60,366 nucleotides of DNA from an uncultured virus (IMG/VR IMGVR_UViG_3300019132_000039). Its lineage: Duplodnaviria > Heunggongvirae > Uroviricota > Caudoviricetes. Positions 1-9,125 of this stretch are shown piece after piece. Location: the IMG/VR virus record IMGVR_UViG_3300019132_000039; one strand, 5' to 3'. Within the stretch, counting starts at the first letter, position 1. Every line of letters begins with the position of its first letter. Made by a program: the position numbers and the translations under genes. Under the pieces are notes generated by a model. It searched no databases and was not told the DNA's origin. It saw nothing but the letters and a program-made list of their open reading frames with translations.

Positions 1-125
1 CTGAGTGGAAACAAAAACTGGAGACTTGTGACCCACTTTTATTTGAAGAATTAGAAGAAATAGGGATAAAAAAAGAAGATGTTATTGACATATTGGAAAA
101 ATTAGATAAATATAATATATTGTGA
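1..125 (+). CDS. 3' end of a convergent gene, hypothetical (partial)
   Basis: Open frame EWKQKLETCDPLLFEELEEIG...KYNIL ends in TGA at 123-125, just before a bidirectional terminator. Confidence 0.5.
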   Translation, partial: EWKQKLETCDPLLFEELEEIGIKKEDVIDILEKLDKYNIL

Positions 126-147
126 CAGTAATGACAACCCTAAAACT

Positions 148-187
148 AAAAAAGAAACCCCCTACCAATTAAGGTGGGGGGTTTCTT
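148..187. terminator. Bidirectional intrinsic terminator
   Basis: AAGAAACCCCC...GGGGGTTTCTT stem with an upstream A-tract, lying between convergent genes. Confidence 0.75.
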
Positions 188-395
188 AATTATCCTTATT
201 TTCTTTGCAAGGATATAACCAATATAGTAAGGCCAAATCCAGTAAGCATAATATTCCAATGACGCTACATATCCATGCGACCAGTGTGTACTCTTGTTGC
301 CGATACCACTCTAGAATAATCATGAAGAGAAAAAAGGTCAATTCCATTATAAGGTAATGTTTACGATGCTGTTTAAAATGCTTCATTATTTTCAT
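186..395 (-). CDS. Small membrane protein, hypothetical
   Basis: 69 aa with two hydrophobic segments; GAGGAG RBS. Confidence 0.65.
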   Translation of the reverse strand: MKIMKHFKQHRKHYLIMELTFFLFMIILEWYRQQEYTLVAWICSVIGILCLLDLALLYWLYPCKENKDN

Positions 396-408
396 CAGAA
401 ACTCCTCT

Positions 409-999
409 TTATGTGGTTTTAAAGCTTTCTTTTAAAATGATTTTCATAATTTCATATAGGGTTTTATGTAGTTCTCCATTCAGATTTTCTACCACATAAT
501 CACATTTTTTGCTGACAGCATAATCTCGATCTGCTCGATCTAGTCGGGCACGAATCTCTTGCTTGCCTCTTCCTTGTTTATACATGCGAGCCTCTAATTC
601 TTCTCTTGGAGTATGAATAAAGATGCTTACAATTTGAGAAGGATCATATCCTTCCATTTTGGAAAAGGATTCTTTTAGGGTTACAACCCCTTCCCAATCA
701 ACGACATACATCATTGGCTTTTCTTCTAGCTCTAATAATTCCCCTTGAGTAATGCCATAAAAATGATCGGCATACTTTGTTTTTGCAATCCATAAATGTT
801 GTTCATCCATGGATAAGAATGTTTCACGATCAATAAAATGTCCATGCACACCATCGATTTCGCCTTTTCGAATGGGGCGAGTGCGGTAAGAGATGACTCT
901 TGGAAGAGGAAGACTGTGAACAATAGTATCTTTTCCGGCTCCAGATGGTCCCATTAAACAAAAGATTTTATTCAAATGGGTTAGTAAAGTTGATGTCAT
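409..999 (-). CDS. gmk: Guanylate kinase-like protein
   Basis: P-loop GPSGAGKDT, SYRTRPIRKGEIDG, YG motif and ELEARM..RG lid typical of guanylate kinases. Confidence 0.8.
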   Translation of the reverse strand: MTSTLLTHLNKIFCLMGPSGAGKDTIVHSLPLPRVISYRTRPIRKGEIDGVHGHFIDRETFLSMDEQHLWIAKTKYADHFYGITQGELLELEEKPMMYVVDWEGVVTLKESFSKMEGYDPSQIVSIFIHTPREELEARMYKQGRGKQEIRARLDRADRDYAVSKKCDYVVENLNGELHKTLYEIMKIILKESFKTT

Positions 1000-1004
1000 T
1001 TTGA

Positions 1005-1244
1005 TTATTCCATCTCCTTTTTGTATTCATTGATTTGTTCCCACGCTATTTGCATGATGGCTAAATGACAAGTAAGGACAGCTGTCATGGTTTCATGCAA
1101 GTTTAATTTATGCTTCTCAATAACTGGGCGCATTGCATCCCAAATTTCTTCAGCTACTTCTTTGGCTCGTTTATGTTCGCTTTCACTCATGGTTGCTTCA
1201 AAGAGTCCTAAAAGTCCTTGCGTCTGTGCGAGATATTTTTCCAT
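1005..1244 (-). CDS. Hypothetical protein
   Basis: 79-aa ORF in operon context, GAGGAG RBS. Confidence 0.65.
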   Translation of the reverse strand: MEKYLAQTQGLLGLFEATMSESEHKRAKEVAEEIWDAMRPVIEKHKLNLHETMTAVLTCHLAIMQIAWEQINEYKKEME

Positions 1245-1441
1245 ATTTGTGTTTTCTCCTCTCTTAATGTTTCAAGGTCTAGTACAATTTCCCATAAGTC
1301 ATTGAGAATAAAGTAAGCAATCCACATAAACGCCCATACCGGTGCGACATAGACATAGAGGATATAAAAGATGCCCACAAGGAAAGCCAGGCGAACCTTG
1401 TGAAGAACCCATGACCAACCTATGTTGATTTCAAATTTCAT
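1208..1441 (-). CDS. Small membrane protein, hypothetical
   Basis: 77 aa with two hydrophobic stretches; GAGGG RBS. Confidence 0.6.
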   Translation of the reverse strand: MKFEINIGWSWVLHKVRLAFLVGIFYILYVYVAPVWAFMWIAYFILNDLWEIVLDLETLREEKTQIWKNISHRRKDF

Positions 1442-1550
1442 CTAATTCCCTCTCTTCTAATTCTTCTTCTGTCATTTCACATTTTGGACAAAACCACGTA
1501 TCACAGCATGGACATTTAGTAAAGTATTCATAGCAGTCAGGGCATTGCAT
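1431..1550 (-). CDS. Small Cys-rich (Zn-binding-like) protein, 39 aa
   Basis: Not in the ORF track: MQCPDCYEYFTKCPCCDTWFCPKCEMTEEELEERELDEI; AAGGAGG RBS; fills the gap between neighbours. Confidence 0.6.
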   Translation of the reverse strand: MQCPDCYEYFTKCPCCDTWFCPKCEMTEEELEERELDEI

Positions 1551-1562
1551 ATAGCTTCCTCC

Positions 1563-2825
1563 TTAGACGTAGTGAATGCTTTTTAATTCTTCCTCATTGT
1601 ATTCAAATAACATAAACCGTTTATGAGCACCGACAAATCCGTTATCTTTGTGCCATTTATCCGTTTTATTTCGAGTAGATAAAGTGCGAACCATCATGCC
1701 GAATATATCTTGGCCATCTTCTTTATGGATGTGTCCGGTATGAATCTCTCGTGTTTTAGCTTGACTCCATAAGTCCGGAAACTCAACAGGAAACAAATTA
1801 TGCAAGTTTTTTCGTGCTTTATCTCCGTGAGTGATTCCAATAAACACTTTTCCAAATACATGGGCTTTTCGCTCTATAAAGCTATCGTCTACACTTACTT
1901 GTGGGTATCGTTCTTTTAATAACTGAACAAAGGCCCACCCCATAGATTCATCATGATTTCCTTTAGAGAAAATAAGTTTGACAGAATGAGCCTGTCGGAT
2001 AGCTTCTTCAATAAGAGGATAATAAAATTTTTTACAGTCTTCCCATGCCTGAATCATATCGACTTCTTGTATGAGAGTTCCGTTTGCTGTTTGACCTCGG
2101 AAATTATCATTATGCAGCATATCTTGTCCAATAACGAATAAGATTTCTTCCCATTTTCGAGATCGGATAATATGCAGTGTATCATATTGTGTTTGACGGT
2201 AATATTCGTAATCAGAAATACCAAAGTGAGCATCAAAGAAAGGAATCTCTAGAAGTCGTTTTTCTTCTAAAACTACTGGTTCGGTTGGAATCCATACAGA
2301 TGGCACTTCTTTAATTGAATCAAGTAGTTTTTCCATCGAGAATTTTGTATTCTTTGGTTTTACGGTGATTTTACTTGCATATAACACCATAATGCCATCT
2401 TGTTTACTGTATGTGTTCCAAATATTATTTCGAGCAGATACAAGCTCCCATTCTTCTTTATCATATCCATGTGCTTCTAATAAGTAATTCACATCTTTTG
2501 ATTGTTCTGCTGACATGCGTAATAATTTATCACTTCTATGCGTTCCATCACCGCTGATTTCTACACTTTCTTTGTATGAAACATTCCATTCATCTTTTTC
2601 ATGGGCAATCCTTTCTGAAGCGGAGTGAGTCTTAGATTTTAAGGATTGCAACATGTACTTGTTATAGACTCGTTTAATGATATGATGGTTTGCATTGAGT
2701 TGAAATTTCTTGTTGATGATTTTAGCAATAATGGGATAGCTCTCCCCTTTTTCTCGAAGTTGCAAAATTTCCTGAACAGCTTCAGGATAGGCTTCCCAAT
2801 TAATTTTTCCTCTGACTTTTTTCAT
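1563..2825 (-). CDS. Calcineurin-like metallophosphoesterase with N-terminal HTH-like region
   Basis: DAHFG, GQDMLH, GNHD, HGD and GHIH motifs in canonical order. Confidence 0.75.
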   Translation of the reverse strand: MKKVRGKINWEAYPEAVQEILQLREKGESYPIIAKIINKKFQLNANHHIIKRVYNKYMLQSLKSKTHSASERIAHEKDEWNVSYKESVEISGDGTHRSDKLLRMSAEQSKDVNYLLEAHGYDKEEWELVSARNNIWNTYSKQDGIMVLYASKITVKPKNTKFSMEKLLDSIKEVPSVWIPTEPVVLEEKRLLEIPFFDAHFGISDYEYYRQTQYDTLHIIRSRKWEEILFVIGQDMLHNDNFRGQTANGTLIQEVDMIQAWEDCKKFYYPLIEEAIRQAHSVKLIFSKGNHDESMGWAFVQLLKERYPQVSVDDSFIERKAHVFGKVFIGITHGDKARKNLHNLFPVEFPDLWSQAKTREIHTGHIHKEDGQDIFGMMVRTLSTRNKTDKWHKDNGFVGAHKRFMLFEYNEEELKSIHYV

Positions 2826-2870
2826 CTCATATCCACCTTATATGAAATTTGGGTGGTTTCCCCTCCATAT

Positions 2871-2942
2871 CTATTTTCCTTTTCGTCCCCCTTTTGGTTT
2901 TTGGGGGATAGAAATATAAATGTCCTGGGTAGTAAGTGCCAT
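2871..2942 (-). CDS. Putative 23-aa basic peptide
   Basis: MALTTQDIYISIPQKPKGGRKGK preceded by AGAAGGAG. Confidence 0.35.
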   Translation of the reverse strand: MALTTQDIYISIPQKPKGGRKGK

Positions 2943-2965
2943 GATTCACTTCTCCTTCTAATGTA

Positions 2966-4045
2966 TTATTTATTGAGCAACTTCTCTAAAGCTGCTTTTG
3001 TTTTTGGTCCGTAAATGCCGTCTACATCTCCAACGTATACAGATTGGAATCGGGAAACAGCATTTTCTGTTTTTGGACCATATATGCCGTCACACCCGTA
3101 GTTCGGTGCATTTTTATCTGGATAGAAAGAAAGAGAAGCTAATGCTTTTTGGACAGCTAGTACATCGTTACCACGATCTCCTCGTTTTAAGGTTTTATTT
3201 GGGAGTGTGATTTTCTTTTTTGTTTCATTTTTCTTAGTTTCTGTTTTCTTGGAATTGGTTTTTGAATCCGTTTTTGTTGTAGATTTCGTCGTTTTTTCTT
3301 TTGGTGGCTTTAGGGAAATGACTTGTCCTACTTGTAAATTAGACGGATCAATAGTTGGATTCCATCGAATTAAATCTTGTACTGTAATATCTTTCATGCG
3401 TTGAGCAATATTCCAGAATGTATCCCCGGGTTGAATGGTATACGTATCTTCCTGAAGGGGTTTAGCTGGTTGGATGACTGTTTTCTCAACACAACGGTTA
3501 TACTCATTTACTACATCTTTTAGGAATTGCTGATACGTTTTGCCCATATATTTTAGTGCATTAGATGGGTCAATCTTTCTACCCGGATCCAGTACGTCAT
3601 GACCAACAATGGCTTTTGTTGGATCTAATTGAAACTTATAACAAGCATAGGCTAATACCCAGATGTAACGTTTATAAGCTTCCTCAGAGTTAATGCCAGG
3701 ACCCCAACAAAGCTCTACACCTAGTGCTACATCATTGGCATCTTCTCCATACATTTGATTATCGGTTGTTACATTATAGAGCACATGCCATGCCTTCTCC
3801 GGTTTCCCCGTAAGGAAAGGAATACATTCGATAATTTCTTTGTCATCAACAAAGATATGAGCGGATGCACTTATGCTGTTGTGAGTGCGTTCATAATAGC
3901 CAATATTTCCTTTTGCTGTTGATCCCGGATTTCCGGTGTCGTGCGCAACAATAAATCGAACTTCTGGTACTGCTACTCCCGGGCGACGTTTACTTGGTGC
4001 AGTAAGATATTGTTTTTGAATTTGGTATTTCATTTGAAAACCCAT
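2966..4045 (-). CDS. N-acetylmuramoyl-L-alanine amidase endolysin (Amidase_2 + LysM + PG-binding)
   Basis: IVAHDTGN, SAHIFVD, GVELC, GHD..RKIDP; LysM YTIQPGDTFWNIA; C-terminal DGIYGPKT repeats. Confidence 0.9.
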   Translation of the reverse strand: MGFQMKYQIQKQYLTAPSKRRPGVAVPEVRFIVAHDTGNPGSTAKGNIGYYERTHNSISASAHIFVDDKEIIECIPFLTGKPEKAWHVLYNVTTDNQMYGEDANDVALGVELCWGPGINSEEAYKRYIWVLAYACYKFQLDPTKAIVGHDVLDPGRKIDPSNALKYMGKTYQQFLKDVVNEYNRCVEKTVIQPAKPLQEDTYTIQPGDTFWNIAQRMKDITVQDLIRWNPTIDPSNLQVGQVISLKPPKEKTTKSTTKTDSKTNSKKTETKKNETKKKITLPNKTLKRGDRGNDVLAVQKALASLSFYPDKNAPNYGCDGIYGPKTENAVSRFQSVYVGDVDGIYGPKTKAALEKLLNK

Positions 4046-4163
4046 ATTCTTTCACTCCTTTGGTGTTTTTTGATTTTGAATGTATATACAGATTCTTATG
4101 AAACATATAGACCATAGAATAGTTATGATCCAATCCGCAAAACTCATGATGCTCACTTCTTTC

Positions 4164-4679
4164 TTATTGGATTCCTGTGCTTCCGTGTCCTTTGTCTCCA
4201 CGGTCTAGTTCTACTAATTCATTGACTGGTTGTAATGTAATGAATTCATCATTGCTATGGATTGTTGGCAAAATAACTAATTGAGCAATACGGTCTTTTG
4301 GTTGAATGGTAAAAGGTTCTTGGCTGAAATTAAAAATCGTAGCCATCACTTCTCCTGTATAACCCGGATCAATTGTACCATATCCTACCATAATACCGTG
4401 ATTCCAGGTTAATCCGCTTCGTGGACGTAAATCGCCTGTATAGTGTAATGGAATATTTATAGCAAATCCAAGTGGAATACGAACTCGTTCTCCCGGTTGC
4501 AAAGTAATGGATTCTTCAATTCGAGCCCGACAATCATATCCGGCATCGCTTGGATATTTTTTTGATGGAATAAAAATAGGATCATCTGTATTCATTAGCT
4601 TTACAAATAATTGATTTTGATTTTTTAAGGCTTGATTCACTTTGATATAATATTTTAGATATTCTATTGTCAGCTCCAT
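4164..4679 (-). CDS. dut: dUTPase with ~23-aa N-terminal extension
   Basis: AGYD, RPRSG, GTIDPGYTGE, RIAQL and RGDKGHGSTG motifs; start moved to the ATG at 4679 (GAGGG RBS; the upstream region holds a promoter/operator). Confidence 0.9.
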   Translation of the reverse strand: MELTIEYLKYYIKVNQALKNQNQLFVKLMNTDDPIFIPSKKYPSDAGYDCRARIEESITLQPGERVRIPLGFAINIPLHYTGDLRPRSGLTWNHGIMVGYGTIDPGYTGEVMATIFNFSQEPFTIQPKDRIAQLVILPTIHSNDEFITLQPVNELVELDRGDKGHGSTGIQ

Positions 4680-4701
4680 AATATTCCCTCTTTCTGTTTC
4701 T

Positions 4702-4725
4702 TGTAATGCATTACATATTATAACA
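4702..4725 (-). promoter_or_regulatory. Extended -10 promoter with TGTAATGCATTACA palindrome
   Basis: Minus strand TGtTATAAT followed immediately by the perfect 14-bp palindrome (4702-4715). Confidence 0.7.
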
Positions 4726-4809
4726 TGGTTAGATGAAAAATCCATCTTTTAAACGAAAAATGACGTTTACTATGCTTCTTTCCTCATTGGTATATGGTGC
4801 ATCTGAATT

Positions 4810-4923
4810 TCAATGGAATAAAACGTGCGTATCCTGAAAAGATAGTATTCCTTGTTGGTTTCCTAATGGGTTATATTTTTGTTCTTTATCGGTTTGTTCT
4901 AAATACATTTTTACTAAATCCAT
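4810..4923 (-). CDS. Small hypothetical protein, 37 aa
   Basis: MDLVKMYLEQTDKEQ...VLFH with GGAG RBS; not in the ORF track. Confidence 0.4.
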   Translation of the reverse strand: MDLVKMYLEQTDKEQKYNPLGNQQGILSFQDTHVLFH

Positions 4924-4932
4924 ATAACTTTT

Positions 4933-5265
4933 TCACTCCGTCATCCATTTCGCCTTACAGTGAATAATAACGATATCATCTTCATAAGAGACACCTTTCC
5001 AAATCATTTCAAAGGCCTCCACTTCTTTTAATTGATTCATACGAACAATTTTAGGGTATCGATTTTGCCATCCATATGCTTGTTCTGTGATTTCTTCATA
5101 ATGCTCCTTCAACATTCGAATCGAAGCATTATAAGTATTAAGATAAATAGGACAAGGTTCTAATGTAATCCCTTGATGAACAATATACCAAATGGTATGT
5201 TCTTGGTCGGCTATCCAAAAATAATAGGCCCAGTGCATCCGTAAGTATTGTTGAACGAGCTCCAT
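4933..5265 (-). CDS. Hypothetical protein
   Basis: Likely start MELVQQYL at 5265 behind AGGAGG, rather than 5388. Confidence 0.6.
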   Translation of the reverse strand: MELVQQYLRMHWAYYFWIADQEHTIWYIVHQGITLEPCPIYLNTYNASIRMLKEHYEEITEQAYGWQNRYPKIVRMNQLKEVEAFEMIWKGVSYEDDIVIIHCKAKWMTE

Positions 5266-5391
5266 TTTGACCTCCTGTTTTTTTCTTTTTTGTACTACTT
5301 GTCTTGGGAGGTACATATAGTAGTAATAGACGAGCTTAGGTAAAGGAGACAGGTGCAGATACCGTCCTCTTTTAGTGACGGCATCCATTCC

Positions 5392-6751
5392 CTATGCTGA
5401 AGGCAAATCTACTTCATACATATTGGCGTGTTGTTGGACGGTTTTTGCAATCAGCTTGTTTTTCGATTTTTCCCCTTTAATGGTGACTTTGTTTCCAATT
5501 TGAAGTTCATTTTTATATTTTTCCATTAAATAACCCCATACCGTAACGAAGATTGGTTCTTCCTGTGTTTCAACCACCAATGTAAAATGGGTTTTTCCTG
5601 TTTTCGCTCTCCAGGATTCGATTTCATTAATATGACCGGTGAGTTGAGTTTGAGCTCCTTCTTCGATTTTTTCCCATCGAGAACGAATACTAATGGCTGT
5701 CCCGAAAACTTCTCGCTCGTAAGAAAGAATAGTAGCTTTGTTTGTAGTTGTTGGGATATGCTCATACTCTTCACCACGGGATCGATAATAGTTACGAAGA
5801 AGAAGATTACGATTAGGAGTGAAGGAATCAAAACAACCCGCTTTAATTAAGGCTATTACTTTGGTTTTATTCACTTTTGTGCTGTTGACTTTGGCAATAA
5901 AATCTTCTAAGGAAGAATACGAACGACGCAAAATAATTTCTACAACAGATTCTTCACTTACACCGCCAATACTTGCTAGACCATAGCGAATTTCACCGAT
6001 ACATGGTCGATTCTGATTATCGTATTGGATCTCATTATAGGAAATTGGAGTCCAGCCAGACATGGATTGATTAATATCAGGAGACAAAATACGGATTCCC
6101 ATTTCTTCACATTCTTTCATGTAGTGAATGGTTTTTGGATTTCCGTTTTTATCTTTCTTTCCTTCTGCCATGGTTAATAAAGCAGCCATAAATTCAACAG
6201 GATAGTAGCATTTTAACCATGCGGTAATGCATGATAAAAAGGCATATGCCGCTGAGTGGGCTTTATTGAAACAGTAATTACCGAACTTAATCCAGTCGGC
6301 TTTAATTTTGAGCAAGGTTGGTTCATCAAATCCACGAGCAATGGCCCCTTCTACATCAGGAACTTGCTCGTACTCATAATCGACCCATAAGGCAGGTTTT
6401 CCTTCTTCGTTAAGTGGTACGGTGGATTTTCCTTCCGCATCTAACGGATATTGATTGACTAATTGAGCATGACGACGTTTATACTCCTCGCTGCCGTAAA
6501 TCATGAGATCAATCCATCGGTTCATTAAATCAAATTTTTTCTTAGCAACTCCCTTACGAATCATGTCAGCTTGTCCTAGTGTCAGTCCACCTAAAATCTG
6601 TGAAGCTCTCATAAGCTGCTCCTGATATACCCAAACTCCATATGTTTCTTCAAGTACTGGTGCTAACTCTAGAAATGGATAAGTGACTTTTTCTCTTCCC
6701 CATTTGCGAGCAACATATGTAGGAATTAGATCTAAAGGTCCTGGTCTACCG
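5392..6751 (-). CDS. dnaE: DNA polymerase III alpha, exon 3
   Basis: Frame reads GRPGPLD...ETYGVWVYQEQLM...YCFNKAHSAAY...YPVEFMAALL, then an OB-fold C-terminus; begins right after the terminal G of intron 2. Confidence 0.9.
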
Positions 6752-8159
6752 CTTTTATGTTACAATATAACAAACAGGTTCTTTTAAGGAGGAATTATAT
6801 ATGGACGTAACATATGAGCAATTATTAAATGATTTTGAAAGACTTTACAAAGAATACGGGAAAGTCACCAAACAGATTTATATGAATCATTCTCGTTACA
6901 CGTATTATCAACTTAAAAAGTTTGGTGGCATTTCTCATTTTACTAAAGCTCTTACAGGAGAAGATATTAAACCTACTCGTGAATCATTGATTACTGAAAT
7001 TCAACGATTATATAAGGAACATGGCAAGGTCACTCAAGCTATTATTAATACTTATGGAAAATGGAAATACGATACTTTTAAAAGAGAATTTGCTTCTGTG
7101 TATTTAGCTTATAGTGAAGCCGGTGTTCCAATTAGTGATCAACAAAATCCTGCAAGTGCTTGTAAAAAAACGATTTACACAGAAGATGAAGTAATTGCTG
7201 ATATTCAATCAGTCTTTCAAACTAATGGTCGCATTACTAAGGAGCTTTATTTAAAGCAAGGTAAATATTCGCAAAATGTTATTTATCGTTTATTCAAATC
7301 ATGGAACAATGCTTTTGAAAAAGCAGGTTGTTCAATTGCAAATCCACAAAACATACCAGATGAGGAATTGCTGCAAGAATTAAGAAATCTTTACAACGAT
7401 TTTGGTTTTGTATCTCAATCATTAGTGGATGCTGAATCGAAGTTTTCTAGTGAAACTTATAAACGCCGATTCGGATTTGTCAAAGCGTGTGAGCTTGCCG
7501 GTGTTCCTGCAAACTATACAAAGGAAAATCGAACTGCTCAATATTACTTTAAAATGATTTCATCTATTTTAGATACACCAATGGTTACTGAAAAGACTTT
7601 TGATTTCTTGATTAATTCTGCAACTGGTAAACATCTTTATGTGGATGCTTTTTATGAAGAATATAAGCTTTGTGTTGAATACCATGGTGAGCAACATTAC
7701 CACTTGTATGAGAAATATCATCCTAACGGTGAAGATGACTTGTTAAAAATTCAACAACGTGATCAGATTAAAAAGGAATTGTTGCTGCAACATGGTTACA
7801 AATACCTTGCTATTCCATATTGGACTCCTTATAAGCGCCTTGAATTAATTCATATGTTGTCAACCTGTTTGTCATAATGGCTAGGTCATTTCTGCCTAGC
7901 TCTCTAGCTTTCACTAGAGGTCGGACTGTATCATTCGGTTTGCTTCACAGCAATCCTAGCGGGGTTGCTTATGGTCGTTACCTTCCATAAGCGGAGATAT
8001 TCTCCCAGTCTCTGAGGGTGGGTTTCGAGCTACCCTTCCCTGCTGGTTGCCCATTGTTACATCCATACGGATTGTTACGCTATGCGTACCGTAGGCTTTA
8101 GGGTGTTCCAGCATATAACCCGCTTTTTTAATGTTGCCCCCGATTGACCGGATTAGTTA
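6752..8159 (-). mobile_element. Group I intron 2 in dnaE (1408 nt)
   Basis: Splice GCC CT|...AAAAG|C GGT AGA restores VALGRPGP. P1 UGUUGCCCU/GGGGCAACA has U.G at the splice site; P10 CGGUAGACC/GGUCAAUCG; P AUAUGCUGGAA, Q AACCAGCA, R CUCAGAGACUG, S AUGAUACAGUCC. Confidence 0.9.
6801..7877 (+). CDS. Putative intron-encoded homing endonuclease (tandem helical repeats + Vsr/EDxHD-like nuclease), antisense to the intron
   Basis: 358 aa with AAGGAGG RBS; repeated E..LI.E(I/L)..L....G.V(T/S)...Y...F units; C-terminal LYVDAFY...VEYHGEQH. Confidence 0.75.
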   Translation: MDVTYEQLLNDFERLYKEYGKVTKQIYMNHSRYTYYQLKKFGGISHFTKALTGEDIKPTRESLITEIQRLYKEHGKVTQAIINTYGKWKYDTFKREFASVYLAYSEAGVPISDQQNPASACKKTIYTEDEVIADIQSVFQTNGRITKELYLKQGKYSQNVIYRLFKSWNNAFEKAGCSIANPQNIPDEELLQELRNLYNDFGFVSQSLVDAESKFSSETYKRRFGFVKACELAGVPANYTKENRTAQYYFKMISSILDTPMVTEKTFDFLINSATGKHLYVDAFYEEYKLCVEYHGEQHYHLYEKYHPNGEDDLLKIQQRDQIKKELLLQHGYKYLAIPYWTPYKRLELIHMLSTCLS

Positions 8160-8839
8160 AGGGCAACAATAACCGAAATATCAGCAAAAGAGTTGGGTTT
8201 CATATCATTAATAATTTTTCGAAACAGATCGGATTCACACTGGAAGATACCAGATAAATTGAGTTGATTATACACATTTTTATAGATGTTTGGATCATTA
8301 ACATCAATATCTCGATACGGATCCATCGTTCCCCAAATACCTGCAAACTCCATCGTCTTTTTAATCAAGTCCAGCGTATCGAGTTTTAAAATATCAAATT
8401 TGACGAGGAATTTTTCAATCCACTTCATATCATATTGGGTTGTTTCAAGTCCTTCACTATCCAAGCGAAGTGGAGTGACTTTGGTGAGAGGAACAGGAGA
8501 TAAGACAATTCCTCCGGCATGAACTCCGACTTGACTAATATGACCTTCTAATGCTTTTGCCGCTTCCCACCACTGCGGATAAGTTTGTGCATATTGCTGT
8601 ACCATTGGTTCTTCAGCATAAGCCTCATTTAATGTAATACCAGGACGGGAAGGAATCGATTTTGCAAAAGCATCCACTGTGGCGTTTTCTAATCCTAATG
8701 TTTTTCCGACACGACGGATGACGGCTCTTGCTGCTAACGTTCCTTTGGTTCCAATTTGTGCAACTTTATCATGCCCGTATTTTTCTTTTAAGTACATTTG
8801 TACCCATCGTGCTCCATCATATGAGTAATCAATATCGAG
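8160..8839 (-). CDS. dnaE: DNA polymerase III alpha, exon 2
   Basis: LDIDY...KVAQIGT...GVHAGGIV...TQYDM...KFDILKL...GIFQCES palm motifs. Confidence 0.9.
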
Positions 8840-9125
8840 CTTTGATACCCTGTCTTTCGACATATTTGTATAGGGAATAGACCATATCTTCACCCACCGA
8901 CCTTAACGGTTTGGGTGCTCGGCACTTCGGGCATTTGCCCTACTCCCTCCCACGGGATGGTCGTTGAACCTTCTCCATATCTTGTGACTTAGGAGCTTGG
9001 CTGCTGATTGTCCAATCCTTATACTTTTCAAACCATCACGCTTGTCGTTTCCAACTACGTTGTGGTGTATAAGGCTCTAAGGAGTTTCCAGCAATTCACC
9101 GAGTGATAATCCTAATAGTTTCTTA

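Noticed and set aside
85..116. TTGACA and TATAAT on the + strand
   Set aside because: The spacer is 20 nt, the boxes lie inside a coding 3' end, and they point into a terminator
4702..4715. Palindrome as a host CcpA cre site
   Set aside because: The outer TGTAA/TTACA arms resemble cre, but the centre is GC rather than the conserved CG
4680..4745. Longer ORF-track starts for dut, and likewise at 5388, 18951 and 24500
   Set aside because: The extensions lack a good RBS or run through promoter/operator DNA or other genes; downstream ATGs have clear RBSs
8840..8893. N-terminus MKIWSIPY... of ORF 8153-8893
   Set aside because: It is intron P7/P9 sequence read in frame by chance; the real exon starts at 8839
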